From assembly GCF_006345805.1 (NCBI RefSeq), contig NC_043013.1, forward strand, positions 22,754,001 to 22,818,000: DNA of 64,000 bases, written 5' to 3'. This DNA comes from Octopus sinensis (lineage: Eukaryota). The notes beneath the pieces are model-generated. The model was not told where the DNA came from. It made no database searches and saw nothing but the letters and a program-made list of their open reading frames with translations. Below, in pieces: positions 40,842 to 55,012 of the stretch (position 1 is its first letter; each line of letters begins with the position of its first letter). The position numbers and the translations under genes are program-made.

Positions 40842-41300
40842 GTGTATATAATATATTTGATATATACGTAACATGCCATTCGTCCAATCGGGGTCGATGA
40901 ATAAACTACCATTCAATTAGGGGTTGATTGGTGAGGCGCAAGGGTGGCAGACAAGATAGTTTACAGTAAACGCTTTGGGTGTTAAGTGTTCTGCATTAAA
41001 AATGCTGCTTCCTATCACCAGAAGAATCGGTTACTTTGGGATCTGATAAAATTTGGGGACATATTTAGGAATTCTGAGAGCAAGGGCGCAAATATTTCAG
41101 CTAATCACTTCCACTGGCGGCCGCCGGGAGAGGATGAAGTCCTGTCTACCCAAACAAACAACAAACATTCTCTTCTGTCTCTCTCACACTGTCTCCCTCT
41201 AAAATGTAACATATGAACCTGAACTAGCCAGGTCTCTGCTAGAAACCTGTGAATCTCAAAAATCGCATGGAACCGAATGGAACTGTTTTAAATAACAATG

Positions 41301-41331
<31 letters not shown>

Positions 41332-42149
41332 ATACACACACACACATACACATACACACACATACACATAGAATAAAATAAATGTATAGATAGGCAAACG
41401 ACTGGTAAACATTAATCTGCTCAGTTGATGACAATCATATATATATATATGAATGTCATTATCTGAGTGTGTGCATGCGTGTGCGTTTATATCTTGAGAG
41501 AGAGTAAAGGGAGATAGATAAAGATATATGTTTATATACATGTATGTAATGTTATATACATATGAATATATAAATATATAATGTTATATGTATGTATGTG
41601 TGTGTGTGTGTGTTAATCAAGCGTTGAATATTTAAATTCTCTTAAATCTTTATGGATATAATTTTTTCATTCTCAAGCGATTCTTTCTCTCGTTTTCTTA
41701 TTTCGTTTTCCCTGTTTGTTTTTCTTTTTTTTTCTGGAAGAGAACAACACGAAGCTCTGCGTCTGCCAATCTCTTATTACCTATGTATGTATGCATGAAT
41801 GAATGAAACATGAACCGGGGAGAAAGATTGATCGAGTTGCAGCAAGAATCATTTTCCTTCCTAATATCAAACAGACATAAACTTATACAACTTTGACAAT
41901 ACTGTAAAAAAAAAAAAAAATGTTTTGGAATGTTCTGCACGCTGGAAAATCTCGTTTGAAGTTATCTGCAGGCTGTGTAATAAAGAAGTATGCTTTACAA
42001 CACCGTGATTCTAAATTCGATTCTATTGCATGTCTTATAGATTCCGATCGATATCTTGTGGGTGAAAATTGGCTTCTGAAACTCAGCAGACACCCGTTGT
42101 GTCTTTGTCTAGAGAGCCTCGAGTATTTCTTACAACAGTTTTAGCGGGC

Positions 42150-42530
42150 TATAAATGAAAGACGACCAAATGTCTTCTAACGGAACAGGCACAGAAGTTT
42201 CTTTCCGACGTGTCGACCGCATTAACATGGCAGGCTCCAGCCTGACGCCAGAAATAAGAAGACGTCGCGTTCGCGCTACGTATGCCGTCGACGGACTCGG
42301 AGTTCGTAACCCATCTGAACGGGGTCGGATCCTTCGTGTTTAGGATCGGGAAAGAACTAGAAACGTTTGTCGGAGATGTGGCGCCCGTACCCAAAATAAA
42401 TGAACAATCTCAGCGGTCCGGCGTCTATACGTCGGTGGAGTTCGTGTATCAGTGACAACCCAAATAGCCATTAGCAAATAGCTCAGGGTGGCGGAGTTCG
42501 CTGTCAAACGTGTAATAGTACACGTCCTAC
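42150..42530. other. CpG-dense GC-rich patch of unknown origin
   Basis: Roughly 35 CpG in about 360 bp by hand count against a CpG-poor AT-rich background; no recognisable product in six frames. Confidence 0.6.
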
Positions 42531-43388
42531 GTTAATTTACAATGAAAAGGCTTTCTTACTGTGACGACCCAGTCTTATGTTTTCTAGGTAGACTGTATCT
42601 AGGACTATATCATCAAATATGCTCTTTTTCAAATGATTGTGTCATTTGAGGGCGAATTAGCTGCCATTTAAAGCAAGTCGAGCGGTTATTTACCGCTTCA
42701 CTTAGGTTATTTCAGTTCTGCTTGCTGTAAAGCTTGATCGTTTGACCTTCTTAATATCACTGACCAATATTTTGCGTTTCTAATATCAGCACAAGAGTAA
42801 AGACCGTGTGGTTGATTAAATTATTTGATTGGGTCATTATTTTATCGATTCAGGAACGGTAAAAGGTAGAGTGGACCTCTGAGTCGTACTGGTATCGTCT
42901 TTACGTTTCCTCCTTCCAAGGTCGATAAAATAAAGTACAGAGGAACCAGTGTAATCGACTGTACCCCACGCCTAAATTAGAACTCTTCTGCTTATATCAG
43001 AGACCAAATATTAACAAATTCATTTCGTTTGAAGTTACCTGATGATGCAAATGTAACACTGGAACATAATGGTGATAACTGTAGTTTCACTGACCTGTTG
43101 GCAGCCGATATTGCATCGACTGGGATATAGAGGAGATTAGGTTGTTATATCTAGTAGATTGAGAGACAGTTTAAAGGCCGTTTGTTCAAATATGTGATTG
43201 GAACAGTTAACTTGTAAACCAGTAAAATCCTGAGATGACGAGGATCGTCCATAACTTACAATATTTTCTCTCTTCGTAGCAAATCGGTTGATACAATTTT
43301 CTTTTATTGAATTGACTCTTGCTGACACAAACCGCCATAATTTCTGTAAAATCTTGTTATCATATAATAGTAATTATTATTATTATTA

Positions 43389-43460
<72 letters not shown>

Positions 43461-43841
43461 ACATTCTATTTACTGAATTGCAGTGAAGATAGAGATAAAA
43501 CAGACATTGTGATGTCTGTTCTGTAGGTTAATGAGAGAATTACCCCTGTAAAAATTCGTTCTAGAAAGTGAGAAAATACAAAGCAAGGAAATAAATCAGT
43601 GGAATTAGTTGAAAATTCCGAAATGGAACAATAATATTAATTGCTTCTCTTTCTCTTCTAGCAGTCGCCAATATGTCGACACACTGATTTATTATTTTTA
43701 ATTTAGTTAACAATATTATTGGTTTTATACATCTCTTCTCTTGGTAGCCTATGGGTGCGATTTAGACCAGCTGCTAATGAATCACTTTTGTGTGAGTTTT
43801 TTTATGTACGCAGGTGTTTGTCCAACGTAGGAGAGTGCGTA

Positions 43842-43886
<45 letters not shown>

Positions 43887-43901
43887 TATATATATATTGT
43901 A

Positions 43902-43932
<31 letters not shown>

Positions 43933-43997
43933 TGAGAGAGAAAGAGAGAGAGATACAGAAAGAGATAACAATATGCTTCAAGTAAAGTACCCTGATT

Positions 43998-44076
<79 letters not shown>

Positions 44077-44341
44077 TTATATATACATATATATATATCT
44101 CTATCTATCTCTCTATATATATACACGTATATATATGTATATATATATATATATTATGTATGTATGTACACACACAGATTTATATATATATATATTGTAG
44201 AGAGTGAAAGAGAGAGATAACAATGCTTCAAGTAAAGTATCCTGATTTGTATATATATGTATATATGTATGTATGCATATATGTATAAATATATATTTAT
44301 ATAGATACACATATGTATATATATATATGTGCGTGTGTATG

Positions 44342-44392
<51 letters not shown>

Positions 44393-44394
44393 AC

Positions 44395-44545
44395 GGGAAG
44401 CTTTATGAAAATAAACAAAACACGAAGGCAGGTGGAAAACAAACGAACAATTGTATTAGTATGGCGCTCAGGAAATATAAATAAAACAAGTCTTTAACGT
44501 TTCGAGCCTACGCTCTTCAACAGAAAGATACACAGAGAGAGAAAA
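44395..44545 (-). mobile_element. Short PLE-derived repeat with a minimal hammerhead-like motif (44492-44527)
   Basis: rc: tcttt-ctgttga-a-gagc-gtag-gctc-gaaacgtt-aaaga. Confidence 0.7.
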
Positions 44546-44607
44546 ACATGGATATGTTCATATATATATATACATATATATATACGGTTATATATTTGTT
44601 GTGCATG

Positions 44608-44648
<41 letters not shown>

Positions 44649-44667
44649 ATAATTATATATATATTGA

Positions 44668-45803
44668 TAATTGATAATTATTCCAAATTAATTAATTTCA
44701 CACCCTTCATTATTACGGATAACCATATTTTATCTCAGTAGATGACCACAGCATCTTGTTTTGGCTACACGCGGGTGGGAAGGGGCTGGTGACACAATCT
44801 TTTCATTCAAACATTGAATTTGGTGATACTAGTTGCGGATTCTAGCTCGCTCTGATACTGAGTTGAGTTGGTGCCTTCTAGTATCTCAAAATTCAATATA
44901 TAATCATTTATGATTATAGTATTCTACGCTGAAGAGAAAAGAAGTTTTGGTGAGATAGAATTATTTATATTTAATTCTTATGCTTTCCTAAAAACTTGAT
45001 TTCGAAACGTACGTCCGTAGATAACTTAAAATTGTATGATAGATTGCCGTCAATTCATTCTCTCTTACCTGTTTGTGTCTGCCTTCCAATTGCTGTTTTT
45101 ACTGAGATCTCCCTTTTTAGTAGAAGAATAGCTATAACTCCTTGACTGCTATTTCTAAATTCGGTATGTGGTAAGGCAATTCGTTGCTAAACCCTTTATT
45201 GCTTAGTATTACTTAAATTTTCCTCGAATGAGGCTTTTACATGCCGAAGACTACTTGGTGTAATTGATAATTATTCCAAATTAATTAATTTCACACCCTT
45301 CATTATTACGGATAACCATATTTTATCTCAGTAGATGACCACAGCATCTTGTTTTGGCTACACGCGGGTGGGAAGGGGCTGGTGACACAATCTTTTCATT
45401 CAAACATTGAATTTGGTGATACTAGTTGCGGATTCTAGCTCGCTCTGATACTGAGTTGAGTTGGTGCCTTCTAGTATCTCAAAATTCAATATATAATCAT
45501 TTATGATTATAGTATTCTACGCTGAAGAGAAAAGAAGTTTTGGTAGATAGAATTATTTAATATTTAATTCTTATGCTTTCCTAAAAACTTGATTTCGAAA
45601 CGTACGTCCGTAGATAACTTAAAATTGTATGATAGATTGCCGTCAATTCATTCTCTCTTACCTGTTTGTGTCTGCCTTCCAATTGCTGTTTTTACTGAGA
45701 TCTCCCTTTTTAGTAGAAGAAATAGCTATAACTCTTTGACTGCTATTTCTAAATTCGGTATGTGGTAAGGCAATTCGTTGCTAAACCCTTTATTGCTTAG
45801 TAT
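44668..45803. repeat. Near-identical tandem duplication, unit 593 bp (44668-45260; partial second copy 45261-45803)
   Basis: Constant offset of 593-594 bp; only a few 1-bp indels or substitutions; bounded by (TA)n on both sides. Confidence 0.95.
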
Positions 45804-46510
45804 ATATATATATATATATATATACATACACATACATGTATGCATATATATGTACACATACACACACACAGACACACATATATATGCATATGTATGTATG
45901 TATGTAGGTATGTATGTATGCATGCATGCATGCATGTATCAGAGCATTTCAGACTAGTTTGCTTGCAGCATTGTTGAATTAACGTAAGGTGGTAAGTTAT
46001 AGTGAAACAACGAAATCAATAATGTGAAAGGAAATGAATAAATATAACAGAAACTTTACTAGATAAAGTGTCAAGAGAAGGCCCTGAACATGAATAGAAT
46101 ATCGCAGGGAAACTTGCTGTAATAAGAGAAAAGTTGTTACAAGTGGTTATGACACATGCAAAGATGTGAATCTCAAGCTGAATCGGCAAATGGAGTGAAG
46201 CGAGAGAAGCTTTTGGCATCTGCTAAAAGTTGTATGGAGTGTTTAGTGAATTTCATCATTTGGTTGCGGCTGTGATTTTAATTAATCTATCTTTCTAGTC
46301 TCTTGCAACTGGGGCACGTTCACATACAGATGTATTGTAGTCGAAGTTTACTACAGTGAAAGCTTGCATATTTTCAAGTTGTACTCAACAGTTTTACACC
46401 TAATTAGATTGAATTTTGCATAGAGGCACATCTTTTCAATGAGAAGACCAAAGACAGTTTGATATTTTCTGAATTTCTTTTCCTTTCTTACTGCATGCGC
46501 CAGAAAGAAA

Positions 46511-46543
<33 letters not shown>

Positions 46544-46849
46544 AGGAGAGAAAAACAAAGAATATTGTAATAGCCAATGGAAAAAAAATTCTGATTTGGG
46601 AAAATAATTCATTTCGGTTTGTTAAAAACAAAGAGGATGTTTTCTAAGAGAATGCAAGACAAAATACTAAAATTTTATTTTCCGTTTTATATCTGATTAG
46701 TTTTGTTCATTTTTATAAAGCTCGGCTGCAACCATCTGGAGTATTGGTAAGCAACAGATTGCAGTGAATCAACGTTGGTGGACCATTTAAAGTTGACCGA
46801 AATCTTTGTCTACGTGGCAAAAAATTTATGTGATTTTATTTCGTTAGAC

Positions 46850-46992
46850 AGGCGGAGCTGTGGTAAGAAGTTCCCATGGTTCTGGGTTCAGTTCCGCTGC
46901 GTGGAACCATGGGTAAGTGTCTCCTGGTGTAGCCTCGGGTCACCAAAACCTTGTGAATGGATTTGGTAGACGGAAACTAAAAGAAGCCTGTC

Positions 46993-47037
<45 letters not shown>

Positions 47038-47295
47038 TGTGTGTGTGTGTGTGTGTGTGGTGTGTGTGTGTGTGTCTTTGTATCTGTGTTTATTCCCCTA
47101 CCCCGCTCGACAAACTGTATTGGTGTGTCTACGTCCCTGTAACTTAACGATTCGGCAAAAAGAGACCGATAGAATAAGTACAAGCCTTAAAATAAAACAA
47201 GTACGGAGGAGATTCATTCGATTAAAAATTCTTCAAGGTGGTGCCCCAGCATGGCCGCAGTCTTACGACTGAAACAAATGAGAGAATAAAGATAA
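46850..47295 (+). mobile_element. Full-length CORE-domain SINE
   Basis: Family head, CORE, (TA)/(TG) middle and tail ggtgccccagcatggccgcagtc. Truncated copies at about 47775-47935 and 59535-59695. Confidence 0.85.
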
Positions 47296-47935
47296 GATTA
47301 CTAGGCCAGATTAACGCGGGTCATTGTCACTTGAGTAACAGGTTGACACCTGCTGAAGCGCTCTGGTTATAAATAAAGTTTCGAAACTGAAGAATGTTTC
47401 AATTTAAATGTCCCTCCACTCTAAATGCTGATTCTATTGTTAATGTAAGAGATATCAGAGGTTTTAGCAGTGGAACTGTTTGTAACAGGCACTTTGACCA
47501 TTACCAAATGTCCTTAGAAGCAGTCGTTGGAAATATGAATAATTTGGCAGAGAGAAAATTCCTCAGGGCAGCATTCTGCATAATAAATAGACGTACAAAA
47601 AGATGTCATATTTGCAATAAAGTGAGTTGAAAAAGCACTTGTATCAAATGAGATTATCTACTTAGCTGCCGAAAACGGGGTTTTTGGATGTTTAACATCT
47701 AAAAATAATCGCCAAAAGAAGTTAACGCATATAAGAGACTTCGTCAGTAATTTTAGCTGATATATACAAAGGTGCTAGCGTGACTGCGCTAAGAAGCTTG
47801 TTTCCCAATCACTTGGTTCCAGGTTCAGTCCCACTGCGTAGCACCTTGGGCAAGTGTCTTCTTCCTTTATCGTCTCGGACCGATCAAAGTGAGTGGAATT
47901 GGTCGGCGAAAATTGAAGAAACGCCTGTCGAATGC

Positions 47936-48390
<455 letters not shown>

Positions 48391-48530
48391 AATATGAGAG
48401 AATCCACTATATGGACGCACTTACGCTAAAGAGAGATCCGCATGAGTCTCAACCACTTAGAATTGTTCTCAAGAAAAATTTAGCACACTATGAACGTAAG
48501 CGAGCAGGACAAATGAAAACTATCAAAAAT

Positions 48531-49560
48531 ATTTTGCCTTTGTGAGAATCTTTTTAAGTGATTTAGGCTGTTTGTAGCTTTTAATGATTTGGTGTATGTT
48601 TAGAATTTCCTTTAATTTGGGGTTTTTATGAAGTATTGGTAAATTCTGGGTGATGATGGTGAAAGCTTCTTTGTTTCTGGGGTTGTATGTAGATATGTAA
48701 GGTAGTATTTTCGGGGAAGGTGTGTTGTTGTGTTGAACTTTTCTTAAAGTTTCTATGTTGATTCTAAACATACACCAAATCATTAAAAGCTACAAACAGC
48801 CTAAAACACTTAAAAAGATTCTCACAAAGGCAAAATTGTCTTCTAAAATTACGGATGCAAAAGTAAAAAAGTGTGGTAGATCGAACTGTGCAACATGTCC
48901 TAACCTATTGGAAGGATCAGAATTCTTCTTTAAAGAGGGACAGAAATTCAAGATCAAATCTAACTTTACTTGTGCCTCTGAAAACATAATTTATGTCATT
49001 AAATGCTCGGGCTGCCACCAAGACTACGTGGGGTCCACGGGACTATCACTCAGACGTAGATGCACACTGCATCGACAACAGATTGCATTCCCAGAATATA
49101 GAATGATACCTTTTAGTGAGCACATTGAGAAATGCGCAAAAACACTATAACCACAATTTTTAATCTTTCCATTTTACCAATGTGCTTTCGGATCATCATC
49201 ACAAATTAGACTAAATAAGAAAACATTCTTCATTGAAAATACAAACCCAGACTCAACTATCCGAACTCAATAATACAGAGAAATTCACACTAAAGGAAAA
49301 AATTTTTTAGCGATTATCTCCCTTACACCGGAAGAACTCCACTCACTACTTTCCCTTATTTAGAACTCTCTCGTAGCAAAAATACAAGGATTACGTTATT
49401 AAAAATAAACATTAAGTCACAAGAAATTTGAAGAGCTAACTGCGAAACCGGTATTTCTTTAAAAATTATAAAATATGTCATTTTAAGGAGGAAAAAAAAT
49501 TTTCCAATATTCTCCAGACATTTTGACACAAATATATATATTTTTTAACATTTAAGCCTT
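48531..49560 (+). mobile_element. Penelope-like element 3' part (Cys-rich linker plus GIY-YIG endonuclease plus 3' pLTR) with an inverted 5' segment
   Basis: ORF 48755-49150 KCGRSNCATC...FTCASENIIYVIKCSGCHQDYVGSTGLSLRRRCTLHRQQI. Upstream ORF portion lies inverted at 48531-48760. Hammerhead-like ttgaaga-gc-taact-gc-gaaaccggt at 49422-49458. Confidence 0.9.
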
Positions 49561-50524
49561 CTGTCGTTTTTTCACTCTTTACTATTTTCTTATATATTCA
49601 CCCACGTGCTTTACCAAACAAACTTTCTTATATATATGTATATATATATATATACATACATTCATATATATATGTGTGTATGTGTATGTGTGTATATATA
49701 TACATTTATATATATAAAATACAAAAATGGGACAAGAATGCAAAACATCTAGACAGACGATACAAAGAAAGCAAGCACGGGTCATTCGGAATTTTCTTTC
49801 CTAAGTCGACTTCCTGATTATCTTTGTAATTTCGGCTGGTTATACTCGAGATTGCTCCGATCTGGCCGGCCCCAAGGAAAAAACTAAGCTAAGAGCATTA
49901 GATTCCTTGGAAGAAAGCGAATTGTACGAAAACATGGACGGAAAAAATGTAGAAATGTTACACAAATACAAATGCAAATGACAGCACATAACAGCAGGTG
50001 TCTTTCGACTAAGGACGAATTAAATTAAGGTGGCGTGTGTGGAAGTTTGGCCTTATGGCCGGGACATAAGATTTATCAGGCACAGGGAGGAATATCGATG
50101 TTGCTGATGTGCGCATATCTTGAAAATGGGGTCATAACCCCGAAATATTGAATACATGGTAAGTCTACATTAATTCGCATATTTGTTTTCTTGTGATTTA
50201 CCTTGTGTTTACTTCTCATTGGAATGGTCTGCTTTCGAACGTGCTGAAGGAATTGTACTTCCTTACCAGATAAGAATAAGCAAGAGTCGCAAATACTTAG
50301 AACTTTCTGCTCCTGTAGTTTCTTATGTGCGATGTTCAGTTGTACTTCTACAATTGACCATTCACCCGAAATCTGATGCATCTCCTCCGAACGAAGACAT
50401 TCATTATTTTGATATAACATTCTTCTATTTGATTTTTATTTTATTCTCATGTTTGTTCAATCACTGGACTGCGCCCATGCTGGCTGACTACATTGAAGGA
50501 CTTAGGCGAATAAGTCAACCCTTG

Positions 50525-50793
50525 TTTTTAAGTATGGTATTTATTCTATCGGGTCTTTTACCGAAGCGCTTACTTATGGGAATGTAAACAATCCGTCACC
50601 GACATAGGGACAAAAACGAAGACACACACATATTTATGACGGGCTTCCACACAGTTTCCGTCTACTGAATTCTCTCACAAAGCATTGGTTTCCCCTGGAC
50701 TATAGTTGAAGACACCCAATGTAGCAGGGAGTGGGACTGAGCCTGAAACCACAAGGTTGCAAAGCGAGTTTCTTAACCACACAGCCACGCCTG
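50525..50793 (-). mobile_element. CORE-domain SINE (diverged)
   Basis: Reverse complement of family motifs. Confidence 0.7.
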
Positions 50794-51975
50794 GTCAAGA
50801 TTTTTGTTATATAATCAAGAGCTGTAGGCTGTCTGATGAAGTGACGCCGAAGGAAGAAACAAAAAAAATTATATATTGCTTCAAATGAAATGATTGATCA
50901 TACGATTAACATTGGGTTGACAAAGGCAAAGACATACGGTTTCTTAACCTGTCAGAAATAGCAGTCAAATTTCCCTCAAGCTGCATCTAACTGTCTTAAA
51001 AGAAGCACCGCCATAATATTCTGTCTTGGCACAATAGCAAGGCAAAGATGCACATTACTGGACCGAACATTTGATACCGGTTTCAAACACTGGTACGAAG
51101 TCAGCGATTTCGGTGTGGGTGTAAGTCGATTGCATTGACCTCAGTGATCAACTGGTACTTTTTTTATCGACCCTGAGAGCATGAAAAGCAAAGTCTACCC
51201 CAGCAGAATTTGAGCTCAGAGCGTAAAGACGAACGAAATGCTGCTTAGTATTTTGTCCGGATTGCTAATGTTTCTGGCAGATCGCCGCCTTCCGAAGTTT
51301 TGATTTTAAGTTCTGAAGTTACTTTCACACCAAAAGTATAAAAGAGCACGGCATACCAAACCTGTTAAGCTACACAGAGAAACTCTTCAAACTGTCAGTC
51401 ACAAGGGGAAATTAGAAAACAATGAAACAAAGATGAAAGAGGAACTTGCCCAACGAAATATGCAGGAAGATCTGATGATCAACCAGAAGTGGTCTTTTGA
51501 TTGACAGACATGTACGACAAGAATGAAATTGCTTTTGAGACGTTTTAGTGGAATCGGAAACAAGAATGGTTTGATCTCAACCATTCTGAATTTAAAATGT
51601 CGCTACAGAAAGGAAATGAAACCAAACCTAAAAGTAATTGCGATTAGAAGTACTAGGCCAGCCATAACAGCTTCCCGAGATATTTATAGACTGTTACACA
51701 ATCACTTATACTTAGTTCAAAATGGTGGCAACAGAAGAATGGGGCAAATCTGTAGGCTGTAGTCAGGAGTGACACAAAGGGCGGCTGTAAAAGATCCGAT
51801 GAAATTTGAGGAGCTTTTATGTCGGACGGGGAATGTTTATTCGAACGTAACCTGAAAGACAATCCAAATAGATTTTTTTATTCAACGTGTGTGTGTATGT
51901 GTGTGAGTGTGTGTGTGCGTGTGTGTGTGTGTGAGCGTGCGTGCATGTCTATATATATATACATACACACAGATA

Positions 51976-52011
<36 letters not shown>

Positions 52012-52857
52012 GCTACAAAATCTACATTTGGAATTCTTCGTGCACATCCCATCCATTTAGTTAGAAATACCCACATCTGTAAAATTGAAACACTCCTTCT
52101 ACGATCTACCATAAGTGATAGATGGTAAAAAAAGAAGAAAAATAAACACAGCGCCAAAGTACTGAAGCTAATCAATAGATTTTGGTTGTTTATCGGTAGC
52201 TCTATAAGAGTTTATTTTAAGCAAGATATTTATGCCACATAAATTTCTTTCTTTTTCCTTTCTTTCTTTTTCTAGTTCTTGCTACCAAGTCATGCTATTC
52301 TTACGAACCACTCTTCTCATTTTACTGCTTCGCAATGGCCTTAACTTTTTCTTTTTTTTGCCAACCTCCATTCGTCATTCAAGTGAAAATTTATATCCTC
52401 GACTCAGGTAACAGCAGCATCATTCAACTTTAGAGTCAAAGAGTCTTCTGCTACTATTTCTGTATTGTATATATAATAATATGTTCTCCCTAGTAACATG
52501 GATTATGTTTATGATATTCTTCGACCATTATTCTATGTCGCTTGACAAGCCAACATACGATAATGCCGTTTAGCAAAACTCAGTCACGCCGTCTGCCGTT
52601 TAGATGTGCGCAGTTTGCTTTTCTAATCGATCGTCTCATCGTATTCTATCTTATTCTGTGTACGTCTCTATATAAAGATGACTTGTTACTGATTGCGGTG
52701 ATAAGATGGCAAACAACAACCTGAACCGCTGACAGTTCGCATCGTGATGAGGAATTGCGAATTTAGTCGAGCGCCGGACGATTTCTCCACCCTTTTCGGT
52801 TCAGCTTCCACTGAGATCAAATAAGACCAGCATCTAACTGGGATCAATAGCAGCAGC

Positions 52858-52889
<32 letters not shown>

Positions 52890-52901
52890 TAGTAGTATAT
52901 A

Positions 52902-53128
52902 TCTTTACTACCCACAAGGGGCTAAACATAGAGGGGACAAACAATGACAGACAAAGGGATTAAGTCGATTACATCGACCCCAGTGCGAAACTGGTACTTT
53001 ATTTATCGACCCCGAAAGGATGAAAGGCAAAGTCGACCTCGGCGGAATTTGAACTCAGAACGTAAAGACAGACGAAATACCGCTCAGCATTTCGCCCGGC
53101 GCGCTAACGTTTCTGCCAGCTCGCCGCC
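52902..53128 (-). mobile_element. Full-length Nin/Deu-domain SINE
   Basis: Closely similar to 37065-37286; sits between (AGC)n and (AGT)n runs. Confidence 0.9.
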
Positions 53129-53132
53129 TAGC

Positions 53133-53181
<49 letters not shown>

Positions 53182-54045
53182 TAGTAGTAGTAGTAGTAGT
53201 AAGCGATGTCGCAGTTGTTGTTGTCGTTATATGCCTTAGGTCGTCCTTCATCGAGTAGATCTTATAATCAAATGCCTTTAAGATGTAACCATTCCATTCT
53301 TTTTTTTATCAGTTATAATGTCAACAACACTATTTTTTAAAAGTTTTTTAAGAAGATAGAGGTCATTGTGCTGGGGATCTGGCTGCAAGCACCCCCCCCC
53401 CCCGTTGGCCTGCCAACATCATCACTAGAATTCTACTAAAATTAATTCAATCTCTTATAACCAGCCTTTGTTTAGAAAGTCTGACATGTAACCCATCTGT
53501 AAGAAAGTAGTATTAAAGTGCCTCTGCTGGCTGACGAATTCTGTCGCCCATTTTACCAACGCCATTGATCTTTAGGAGCCTTTTTAGAAGCATTCGAACC
53601 AGATTTTAAGTTTAAGGATCGCTTTCTCTTGCATCCCTACTTGCCTCTGTTGCCCCGAAAACAATCATTGGGCACTACTCTCCCTCCTGACCAAACGATA
53701 GAAATATTGATATAGCAACTAATTTCCCTCATTGTACACGATTCAAATAAAGAGGGCAAAATACAAACTCCCTCGTGGCGGCCTCCCTTGTATTTCTTTT
53801 GATTTTAATCCCCAAAGCACAAAGGAATTTATTCAAGTTTATCTTTTAGTTTCATTATAGATTTTAGTGTTTCCAGATTTGAACGGATTAGTTTAGTCGT
53901 TTCGTCAGTCGTGTATAGAAAGAAGATTACGATGGGGGAATAAGAGTGCTAAATATACAGATATGCAAGCATGCATACATACATACATACATACATACAT
54001 ACATACATACATACATACATACATAAATACATACATACATACATC

Positions 54046-54082
<37 letters not shown>

Positions 54083-54411
54083 TATATACATACATGCATA
54101 CATACATACGTAGGACACTCTATAATGAAATCCGTCGGAAGGATAATCCCGAGGACAAAGAAATAAAAACGCACAATATGGTAGAAGCCATAGTCACTCA
54201 TAATAAAAAAAGAATATTGGAGGATTGTCCCAGTGAAGACCTCAGTAAAATGCAAGCACAACAGACTTGATATAATAGTTTGGGATAGAGAAGAGAAACT
54301 GTGCACTGTTGTGGAAATTATGTTTGAGAATACTTACATAAAACATACAAATTTGCACATGCCTATATACATACATACATACATACATACATACATACAT
54401 ACATAAATACA

Positions 54412-54447
<36 letters not shown>

Positions 54448-54574
54448 TATACATACATACATACATACCCTGTTGTTGATGTTGAAATTCCAATGAAGGA
54501 GCCTTGGATCTAGGTTAGAAATCGGTTCTTTCTCTATTGGCAAGGAATCGTGAAATAAATTAAATAATGACATA

Positions 54575-55012
<438 letters not shown>

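Noticed and set aside
43022-43062. gttac-ctgatga...gtaac, and other lone CTGATGA strings such as 40650-40656
   Set aside because: No stem II or GAAA in register, so not hammerheads.
47454-47630. ORF 47394-47630 ending at a good donor (aaa|gtgagt) as the next protease exon
   Set aside because: Cysteine spacing does not fit C168/C182/C191, and the only phase-1 acceptor has no pyrimidine tract.
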